Positions 38,501 through 50,500 of a stretch of DNA of 62,563 nucleotides are shown one piece after another (position 1 is the first letter of the stretch; every line of letters begins with the position of its first letter). The position numbers and the translations under genes were made by a program. This stretch comes from an uncultured virus (IMG/VR IMGVR_UViG_3300030333_002313). Its lineage: Duplodnaviria; Heunggongvirae; Uroviricota; Caudoviricetes. Location of the stretch: IMG/VR virus record IMGVR_UViG_3300030333_002313; one strand, written 5' to 3'. Below the pieces are notes generated by a model. It had not been told where the DNA came from. It made no database searches and worked only from the letters and a program-made list of their open reading frames with translations.

Positions 38501-41500
38501 TGATTACCAATGGTCATCTTCATATCACCAGTAGTAGGGGTGTAATCCACTGCTGTTGGTGTGAAACTTACTTTAGGTGATTCACCAACTTTAAAGGTAA
38601 ATGTATTTGTAGATACTGCTTCAATTCTCATCCAAGAATTGTTTGCAGGATCATCTTGTCTTGGATATGGATGCTCAGAAGCATTTCCGTCCATATCACA
38701 AGTCATCACAATTCCGTTCTTCTCAACGTGAACCATTTCACCAACTTTGAATCCGTGGTTAGCAACAGTAACAGTTAAGTGACCATTAACAGGATTGTAA
38801 GAAGCATCAGTTGGAGTAACAGTAGTTGTTTCAGCTCTTGGATATGTGTGGAAGGTAGCATCATCATCTTCCTTACAAGTAAATGTTAAGGAGTTAGGTG
38901 CTAACTTAATATGAGTACCAGTTGTTAAACCGTGTACACCAAGTACAAGTTCTAAACCACCTGTTTCAGGATCATAGTTTGCTTGAGATGGTGTGAAGTA
39001 TTTGATAGGAGTCTTACCAATACTCATCTCAAAAGTATTCTTAGTTACGTTTGAGATTGGTAGGAAACGTCCACTAGCAGGATCAGACAGTCTTGGATAT
39101 GTTTTCTTGCTGTAATGCTCATCCATATCACAAGTGAATGTCATAGAATCGTTAGCAAGTCTAATCTTGTCACCATTCTTAAATCCGTGATTAGGAACGG
39201 TAACATTCAACATACCAGTAACAGGGTTGAAGTCTGCCCAAGTTGCTGTATGGTGAGTTGTTCCAACTGAAACGATATCTAATGCTTTATCAACTGCTGG
39301 ATCAGTAGCACGAGGATACTTATGAATAGATCTATAATTATCCTGAGAACAACGATAATTTAATTCATCCTGAAGAATCTTAAGTGTTTGACCTTCTCTT
39401 AAACTATGAGATCCAATATCAAGAGTTAATAGACCTGTTTCAGGATCATAAGTAGAATCTTTAGCATCAAAATTAACTCTCTCTGTTATACCAACATTGA
39501 CTGTAATATCGTTACCACTTACGTTCGTGACGGGTAGTAAAGCAACAGCTGCTGGGTCGGAAATTCTTGGATAAGTATGTTGAGTCTGATGATCATCTTG
39601 ATCACAAGTGAATACAAGTGAATTTGTATTAATTCTAATTGTATCGTTAGTAGTTACATTGTGTGATGCACCTAAAGTTAAAACTAAATCACCAGTTGCA
39701 GGATCATAAGTTGCTGCTGTTGGAGTATGTTGACCAGATGCAGTTTGTTGATCGATAGTAATGTCATCATCATATACTGGATCACCTTCTGTATAACCAT
39801 TAGTAGCAACTAACTGTTGTCTCATTACTTGAATAGCAATATCTCTTGCTTGTTCAAATATATACTTAACTTCATTTGGTTGACCATTGATATGCTGAAC
39901 TGCATTAGAATCAGTAACATAGAACTCAGTGGCATACCACATCTTGTTATTACCACCGTGTGCTAAGTTGAATATCAATGCTTCTAAGATATCAACACAG
40001 TCATCAACACAGGACTGATAACCATATCCACCAAATCCTAATGATGGGTACTGAGAAACACCACGACCAACAGCAGTAGAAGCAATAAATCTTAAGTTAT
40101 TTCTAATTTCATCAGCAGCGTTATATGCCTTATTACCAGACTCATTATTATCATAATCACCACGTGCTGCACCACCTCCACCTTGGTTACCACCTTGACC
40201 ACCGCCACCGCCACCGAAGCCGCCACCGCCACCTTGACCGCCACCAGCTCCACCACCTGTAGAATAATCAGGGTAGGGATTAAACCCTAACTTGTTCTGG
40301 ATCGCCAAAGCAGACATATCCCTAGCCATCTTCATAGCAAAGGCAGTTTCTTCAGTCTCATCAGTAACGTGCTTCAGTCCATTCTCAGTATTCAGATATA
40401 ACATCGCTGCATCATAAGTTGCAGAGTTAGAATTGAATCTAAGGTCGTGAATGATAGCTTCGATAACGTCAACAATATCATCTTCACAATGATTCTTACC
40501 ACCTTTAACACTGAAGTGATAATGTTTAAATGCAGAACACTTAAGCATAAGATCAACTGCTTCACCTGCAATAGCACGCTTGTTAGTTTCAAGCATATCA
40601 GCAGCATCTAATGCTCTCTGAGAACCTGCATAGATTTGAGGATCGTGTAAGAAGGTAGGTTCAGTTGCCTGATCCTTACGGAATGCAGGGAAATCTGTAT
40701 ATTGGAATTGGAAGAAGTCGTCAATAGTTTGAGCAGTTGTACCAGCAAGATTTGCAAGGTTTTCACTACGTCCAACTAAAGCATTCTGTAGTGCCTTCTC
40801 CATCAACATCTTAGAGTAACCAATTGCATCAAGCATTGGAAGTAATTCTTCTTCAACTTGAATGATCTTACCTGTAGAATCTAAGTATTGATCAATAATA
40901 CCTTGAACGTTAGCATTACCACCAGTTAATAAGTCACCAGCAATAGCAGGTATAATATGATCTCTAAGGTCACGAACACACTTATCACGACCTGGAGTAC
41001 CACCAGGAATGTCAAACTTATCTTCCTGAATGAAGTTAATAGTTACGTTATACTGTTCTTCTAACCAGAAAGCAACTTCATCAGCGATACACTTACGGTT
41101 GAAGTATAGTAAATCAGCACCATCTCTAAATCTGTTACCTGTAGGACCAAGAACTAATAGTAAACTATCTACTAGATCAGTAATAAAGGTCTGTATACTA
41201 GCAGATGCAGGAGATGAGAAGTAGTTAGGAATACGAATACGTGTTGTATGCTCACCAGTTAGGTCATCAGCATTAGCAGTAATAACAGTATTGCAAAGTT
41301 TACCAACTTCTCTCCAAGCATAGATGGATTGAAGCAATTCTCCGTTAACGTGTGCTAATTGTCCTTCTTGGTTAGCAAGATAACCTCTTGCAGCAACGAT
41401 ACTATTAAAGTTACCACCATACCTTAGATCATTAACGATAGCAGGTATAATGTATTCATAAGTATCTCTTAAGCAAGTTTGTGTACCTTGATCTGAAGTA

Positions 41501-44500
41501 CCAGTATCACCAGGTATCACAAAGTCAGGATACATAGCCTTCATTCTACCGACTGCTTCTTCAGCAATCCAATACTTGTTCTTGTCAATAATATCTGCAC
41601 AATCAACATAATCATCACGAGAAAGATCAACTCCCTCAGTCATAATCTCATCACGCCATAGTTCTACACCCTCAGCAGTAGCAGTAGAAGTTATAGTTTG
41701 TTGGAATGTAGCATAAATTTCACCCTTAATAATAGGAATAGGTGCTTCACCATTAAATCCAAACTTAAGATTTATATCTGTATCATCATAAGTTCCACTA
41801 GGAGTAAAGTCGCTAGTATAATCAACAGCAGTAGAACCTAACTTAATCATTAGGTTCTCCATATTACCTGTAAATGCCTGAGCATTAGCAGCATTAGCAC
41901 CAATCTTAACTGGCATATTGCCATAATTGGTGTTATCAGTATAAGTTGTGGTTTGCTTAGTACCACCAACGTACATATTTGTAGCACCACTATTTCTTAC
42001 GATAGCGATATGAGTCCAAGTATTTGCTGCTAGATTTGCACTTGATGTTATTCTGTCAACATTACCAGTGTTCCAACGAACAGTGTTATTGACCATAATC
42101 AAGTAAGCAGAACTTGTATCACCAGTTGAAGTACGGAAATCTAATAATGTTTGGTTACCACTAACACCTGTTGCTTTAACCCATAATTCTATAGTGAAGT
42201 TACCATCAGGAATAGATCCATCACCAAATGCAACTTTCTCAGTAGATGGATGTGTTAGATATGCACTACCATTAAATTCAAGAGATCCAGCACCAGCAGC
42301 ATAATCTAAATTATCTACAGTTACGTTAGTATTAACTAAAAGACTATTAGTAATGTATTCTCCATCAGAGAATGGACCAGTTGGATTCTTAGTATAGATC
42401 CACTTATTACCTGCATTAGAACCGATTATTTCAGCAGTATTTCCAGATGTTATACCTTTAACAATTTCACCGAAGACAAAGAATCCACCAGAAGACTTAT
42501 CTTTATAAGCGTGCTTAATAGACTTAAGTGTCTCAGAATCACTGAATGAATATGGAGGTGCAACTCTAGTTACATTTGAAATAGACCAAGGATAAGTTCC
42601 AGGTGCAGCACCAGTTGGATCCTGTATTGAATCAGTGATAATTGCAAAGTAATTAGTAATAGCAGATGTTACGTTTACACAAGCAGTTGTAGAAGGATTT
42701 GCCATCAAAGCAGTAGATGGTTCAGTCTTCGTTGTTCCAGCTTGGAATGCTGCTCTAGTTCCAGGTGATGCAGTAGTACCTAGGGCATTAATCAGAATAT
42801 TCGCTAGGGTGGTTATTGTTGCAGCAGGTGCCTGACAAGCAGGAGATGCACCATCAGCAGTAATACCACTATCAGTAAATTGTGTCCAACCGTGTGAAGT
42901 ATCTTGCTTGGCATATACAACGTTCCTCTGAACATCAATTGCTATATCTCTTGCCTTAGTAAAGGCATCTACCATAGTATCGATATCACCAGTTACAGTA
43001 CCATAATGAAGAATACGATCTGTTGCTTCCCAAACAAAGTCATTACCACCAACAGCAGTGTTATATGCAATTGCTTCAACAACATCAACTATATCTGACA
43101 AGCAATGTGAGTCACCACCAGATACTGTATAACCAGGATTCTGTTGTTTAGCATAGTACAATGCTTCGTGAGCGATATACCACTTGTTAGCAAGTAATAG
43201 TGCTCTAGCATCAGCGTGACTATTATCAGTTACACTATACTCACCAGTAACAGTTAAGTCTCTCCACTGCTGTAATGTAGTAAATGAAGTATCAATATCC
43301 TCCATTCTTATGCACTGGAGTGCTAAGTCTCGTGCTTTATTCATTGCCCAAACTGTTTGAGCTTCAGCACCATCAACGTGATATACAGTGTTACCTTGAA
43401 CGTAAGTATTAGCAATATCCCAAACTTCAGAGTTACCATCAAACTCTAACTGCCAAGCCATCATATTGATAGCATCTACAATATCATCTTCACAATCTGC
43501 GTTTCTACCAGTATTGATTTGGAAGGAGGGGTAGAAATCTAACATTGCTCCCACGGCTTCTTCAGCGATAAATCTCGCATTACGCTGCAAAGCGTTAGAA
43601 GCATCATTAAGACGTACATCGTGAGTCCTTCTTAGAGATGAATTACCAAAGTAAATCTTCTTAAGACGAATGTCAGAACCAGCAGCAAAGTCGGTACCAG
43701 TTAAATTGTCATAACGTATCTCTTGGTTACGAACTCTCTCAAAGTCTAGGAAGTCTTGGTTATTAGCTGTCTCAGGATCATATAGTTCAACAGGGTTAAT
43801 AACTGTTTCTGATATGTTATCGAGTATCTTATTAGGGAAGGTAATAGAAGGTACCCTCTGGAATACTAATCCAAAGAAGGAAGAACTAGGTGATAGGTCT
43901 ACCTGATCAATAATTTGGTTAGATATATCATCCTGATAAGGTGCAATACTTGTAATAGTTGCTGCAATCTTAGAACGTGCAGAATAAATGATATCATTGA
44001 ACTTGATATTAAATTCACCAGTCTCATACTTAGCAGTACCAGAAGTACGTGAAAGAACTAGTTCATTAGTAATAACACCATCTTGTAAGTTATTCTCTTC
44101 AACAATAGCAAAATTACCAGCCAAATTAGTGATTCTCTCACCTTGTTCGAAGATAGTCTTAGAAGTTATAGGAGAAACATCACTTAAAGTAGAATTGAAT
44201 CCAGTCTGTGAACCCATTATACTTTCATTAAGTTGGAAGGTTCCTTGTATGTCAATAACGTCAATATAGTCAACACCTGAATCTATGCAAGTTGCAGTTG
44301 CTTCTGATACCAAACCACGAACAGTATTACCTAAAAGTGGGAAAATACCACCAATAGAACTGAATGTCATTCTAGTGATTACTTTCTGAGCATAAACTGC
44401 TTCACGGAACTTAATTCTAGAAGGTGCTTTAGGTGCTTCAGTAAAGACAACAGAAGGTCCAGCTGTTGAGAATGCAGTACCTGGTGACTGTGCAACACCA

Positions 44501-47500
44501 TTAATCAAGATAAACATCTGATTATCTGCTGCAGTTATGGAACTACCTTCTACATTAAGAGGGAATTGGGTTTTAATTCCATCAAAGTCATCAGAGATGT
44601 TATCAATCTTCTTAACGATAGAGGTTAAGATTTCCTCTGAGTTAGTTAATCTCTTCTGTCTGAACAGTACCTCAGTATTATTAAACTGAGTATAAATGGG
44701 TTGTGCGTTAGCAAATGATGTAATTTGATTAATATTAGTGAAACTATTGATATTAACTTCTTTAATAAGGTCAGATACAACCTTTCTTCCAGAAATATCC
44801 TTACCACCAGTGATTGCTAGTTCACCGAAGAGGTTGAAACCAACAGGGTGGTTTGTTTCTAATACAGGCTTTCTCCACTGGTTAATAGGTGTTTGAGACT
44901 TAATAACGTATGAGAAGTTCTGATAGAAGTAAGAATCTTGTATTTTTTGAACAATTTCAGATGGTTTACCAACGTCATCAATAAATTGACCAGGAGTATT
45001 GGTTAGAGAAGCAATATTCAGTGTACCAGTAGCGATTGATAGGTTATCAATCAAACCAGAAGCACGAGAAACTTCACCAGTTACCCTTTCACCAGCCTTC
45101 CAAACACCATCATAGTTCTCAAGTTTAAGGATTCTAGGTCCAATCTGCCAACCTTCGTTAGTAGAAACATAACCAGTAGCAGATGCAAGTTCAAGAGATG
45201 AACCTTGATAAACAAGTTCACCTGCAAGGAATCTAGAAGTTTCAACGATAGCAGTTGCTTTACCACCAAATACCTCGGTGAGTAGTACCTGTCTACCTTC
45301 ACCTTGAGTCAAGAATGTGATATAAGAACCAGATTCAGCATCTAACTTGGTTAGAGAGATACGTAATTGGTCTGATTCAAGTGAATTTGCTTCACCAGCA
45401 ATAGCATAGTATGTCTGATTTGAGTTCAAGCTAACCAAACCTGCAGAACTAGGTTTTGGAAGAATACCTACGGTTGATCCTAGGTCTTCTGCTCTTAACT
45501 GAACTTCAGCACCAGTTGTGATACCGTGTGGGAAGTTGAACTGTAAATAACCTAAATCAACGTTAACAACGTAGTTAAATTCTGATTTAAGTGTAACTGA
45601 AGGTTCAGAACTGTATCCTGAGCCAGGATCCTTAATAATAACCTCAGAAAGACGATTATTCTTAACAATTGCTTCTGCCTTAGCACCTGATCCACCACCA
45701 CCTTCAATTACAACAGCAGGAACTGAAGTATATCCAGCACCTGGGTCAGTTATCTTGATCTGTGCTAGTAAAGCGGTATTAAACAGCTGAAGGTTCACAG
45801 GGAAAGTTATTTCAGGTCTTAACGTATAATCGTGAGAATAACCGAAACCAAACTCATTATTCTTAAGTTTCTTGATCTTACCAATAGATTTACCTTGTAA
45901 GAACACAGAAGCACCCGATCCTTCATCAGGAATCACAACATCTAATATTGCACCAGAACCTGCAAGTAGAGGTCCTAGGATACCTGGTATAGCATCTACA
46001 TCAATAGAAGCAGTCTTATAACCTTTACCTGCTGAAGTTAGAGTAACATCAGTGATAACACCTTCAAAGTCTCCGTCATCTTGAACAGTGATGTTACAAG
46101 TAGCACCTTCACCATCTCCATCAATAGGAACGTTATAGTAAACACCATTTACGTACTCAGTACCACCATTTGTGATTCTAACCTTCTCAATTTCTCTGTT
46201 AGAAGCAATATCAGTAACAATTGGTAGTCTCTGATAGAATCCACCTGCATTTACAAGTTTGATATCAGATATTGGACCAATTGCCTTAACTGAGGTTGTT
46301 GAGTAAGAAGAACGAGCATTGCCAAATTCATTATTACCAACAGGAGCATTTGTCTTTTCAGGTTCATTTAATAGTCTAAAGGCGAATTTTTTACCAGCAT
46401 CGGTTACAGAAGTAACTCTGAATGTGCCATCATAAGGAGATTTAATAACGTCAATGAAGGATCCTTCTCCAACTGGTGAATCTGCACCTGTTCTAGATGG
46501 GTCAAAGTAATATGAAATATTAGTAACATCCTCATTAATGACGAATTTAACCAACGGAGTTGGTGAATCATCATCAGTAAATCCAGGTGTACCCTCTCTA
46601 ATAATGTTAATGAATGGATATTCCAGTTTATACTGGTTATCTCTAGAGAATGATAGGAAGTATCCAAGGTTAGATTCATCATCAAGGTCAAATATGTACT
46701 GATGACCTCTAACAAAGAGGAATTTAGGATGTTTTGCGTAGATATTAACGTTAGATACTGAATTTCCACTACCAGCAAAGGTTGGATCCTGTACAGCAGT
46801 ACCTCTCATACGGAATGAGAAGTCTCTTGAGTTAAAGACCTCTTCTACGAAGAACGAACCATTATAGTCATTTGTAGCAAAGTTCTCTGTAAATATGATC
46901 TCATTTTCTACAAAATTGTGTCTACTAGAAGCAGAACAGTAAACAAGGTCAGTATTTACTAATGCACCACTAGGAATTACGTCCTTATTAAGTTGTGCAA
47001 CCAAGGATATCTTCTTAACACCAGTCAAACCAGTGAATGTTGCTATCTTACCAGTTTCATCAACAGTAAACTGAAGGTTGACAGCATCAGCGTCAATAGT
47101 ATCTCCTTTAATAAATGATGAATCTTGATATATCTCTTCAATCTTAATAGTATAATCTTCTGGAGAGAATGGCTTCCAAGATGCAAAAGCACTCATTGTA
47201 GAACCATTATATGAAGTATCTGCAAGATCTATCTCATATATGCCAGATGCAGAAAGATATGCCCAAGAAACAGCACCATCAGATACAATACCAGTTGTAT
47301 GTGTAGGTGGAATAGTACCAGATGTACCAGGAGAGGTACACTGATATAGCTTCTTATCGTTATAAACTATGTCTTCTGTAGCATATACAAAGTTAGTTGC
47401 CCAAATTGGATCGGTTTTTTGCTCTGTAAAGTTCCATTCAAGGTCATTTACATCATTAGCAGTTGATTTTAATAGTTTTGAAGTGTCAAAATTACCTGCA

Positions 47501-50500
47501 ATCTTACCAATCTTGCAAGAATTGGTTCCAGATTCAACAATTGTTCCATATGCAGATACAACATCGTTACCACCAATTACAGAATACTGTTGTAATATTG
47601 CTCCTTTAGTGAAAGTAGCGTCCTGATTGAAGTTAATTGTCTTAACAAGGTCAATTAGAGCATATTTTGCATCTCTAAAGTAGAATTTTGGTACAACAGT
47701 CGTTGTAAGAAGCAGTTTCTTACCACCAGGAGTCGGAATAGTAGCAGTTCTATTACCAAAATTCTGATCTGTTGATGTTACCGTGAATATACCAGGTTGA
47801 TGTGTAGAAACAACATCACCATAATCAAGAATTTGAATACCTGCAGGACCAAGAACCCAAGGATTCATTGCTACGTTCTGGGTATTAAACGTATAATTGC
47901 TCTCAGAGGCGATATTGAGAGTATGTCCTGTCTCAACATCATTAAGATTAAAGGATCCTAATGCTGTCTTGTCTTTATCAACCTTATAAATGAATCCTTG
48001 TGCAATACTATTAGTACCAGTAACTAAAGCAGAAGTAAATGTATCATCATACTTAGCAGTAGGTGAGACAACTAGGTTATCAATCCATCCAATCCAATTA
48101 TTTGTTGCGTTAGGAGTTGAATTAGATCCAAGTGTTACATCTTTAAGGTTAATATCAACTGTTGTACTTGTAAGTACCTGTGTTTCAATACCATTAACAT
48201 ATACACGATACTTGTAATCACCAACACCTACACGATCTTTAACTAAAGCAACGTGAATAAACTCCTCGTTATTAAAGATTGCTAGGTAGTTTGCAGCAGT
48301 GGAGAATGTTGTAGTACCAGTTATATCAATCCAAGTCTTACCATAGTTGGGACTTGTCTGATCTGCATCAAGACCAGCTTTAACTGTATTACCTATAGCA
48401 TCAGTTACAGTGAAGAATTCTGGTTTTGTGTTAGCAGCAGTATACTGAGCAGTTGAAAGTGCCCAAAATGCTTCTACAGTATAGCTTGTAGCAACATCTG
48501 ATCCATAGAGCATCGTCATAGCATTAGATGCATCTAGTTTTACTGAAGAAGCACCATCATACTTCTTAGTATCATCAATTACAGCATTACCAGTTGCATA
48601 CCACTGTTTGTTAGTTCCAGTAGCAAGAGTGTCATTATATGTGTCATCAGCAAGGTTATCAGCAGTATTCCAGTTAAATATCGCTAACTGATCTGCTTCT
48701 ACCTTATTACCAACAACAATTGTGTCACCAGAACTGTCGTTAGATACAGCAATTGCTTTAAATCCAATACCATCAGTCTCACTTGCAGTTGAAGCAGTAA
48801 TTACTGTACCTGTATTCCAACCAATTTTAAGAGTAGTGGATTCAACTTGATTAAATGCTCTTTCTACAGAACAAGATACATCAACATTACCAAAGATATC
48901 AAACTCTACACCACCATTATGAACAGCATTATAGGTTCCAGTAGGAACAAATATTCTACTTTGCTCAGCTTCTGTAAAGTCACCATCATCAAACTTGGTG
49001 TATAAAACACCATAATCCTTACCATTAGTATCTTCTGCTGTAGCAGTTACATATACAGCACCATATTCATCAATGGTGAATGTTGGGTTCTTAAACTTAT
49101 AACTGGCATTAGTGATCTTTTTAGACCATACAACCTCAATAGTTGCAGTATCATAATAAGTTTCACCAATTATGATGTCAGATGTATTATCAGGTTCAGA
49201 TACACCACAGAATAGGAAGGTATCCTTAGATTTCCACTTAATTTGATGTAAATGCTCACTAACTTCTGCAGAAGCAATCTTACGCTTCTCCATCATAGAT
49301 CCATCAAGATCTAATAATGCAACCCACATATCATCTGGTTGCAATGAGTTAGCATCGGTATAACCACCGATCATACATCTACCGTCTTGATCTAATGAAA
49401 TGGTAGTTGCATAATCTCTTCTTGTAGCACCAGAGATACCAGCAATATCACGTTGCCACTGAAGAATACCATCAGGGTTATTATTACCATCAAATCCTGA
49501 AGTATACTTAGCAACAATAATATCTGGGTTATGAGTAATATTTGTGATGTTAGTAACTGTCTCACCAATTACGTAGATATTGTGAGGATTACTATTCTCA
49601 ACATATAAAGACTTCCATCTTAGTGATTTTGCACCAGCAGGTACTGTAGGTACTAGAGTTCTCTGCCAAAGTAAGCGACCATCACTATTAAACTTAGCAA
49701 GAATACCACAAGTATCACCATCAGTAAGATTTCTTTCAGCTGCAACGTAGATAGTACGATCTTCAGCAACTTTAACGTCATTTATAGAAACAGTACCAGT
49801 TGCTTCTTTCAAGAATGATAAGAAGTAATTTGCCTTCTTATATCTCTGTGGATGTGATACACGAATCTTAGGTGGGTTATCTACGTCATATCCAGAACCA
49901 GAGTTGATTATATTTGCTTTTTTAACGGCACCTGCTTCGGTTCTTTCTAAAGTTAACTTGAAATCTTGTCCAATAGAAGAAATAAGTTCATATGTTGGAG
50001 GAAGTTCAGAAGAATAACCAACACCTTCCTGAGTAATGTTTAATTGCTCAACACCAGCAATAACCTTAACTTTAAGAGTTTTATTAGTGTCATCAAGAAC
50101 AGGTGTACTCTTAACGATAATTTCATCATTAACACGTAATTCGTGTTCTTCAGCAGTTGTAATCTGTCCGTAAGGTACGTCATTAGTCATATAAGACGAA
50201 TAACCTGCTATATCAAGACCTTTAACTGAATTGACCTTAGCAGATGCACCAAATCCTTGTGTGTCTGTATTATCAAAATATAGTTTGTCACCAACCTTAT
50301 AAGAAACACCTGGGTTCTCAACAACAAATCCATCAACCTGAGCATCCTCAAACTTGGTAGTAGTCTCAATATCAATATCCACCTCAGATCTTGTAGAGAC
50401 TCTAGGGTAGTAATCAAATAATTGTAATACGGGTTCTTCAGCGATATTGATTGGTGTAGTATCTTCAAGGTTATTGATTACACCGTCTCTATTAGTATCT

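Noticed and set aside
33126..39735. CRISPR-like or DNA-level repeat array, or misassembly, as the cause of the repeats
   Set aside because: Copies are strongly diverged at DNA level, conserved at protein level and in one open frame. No identical direct repeats with spacers were seen.
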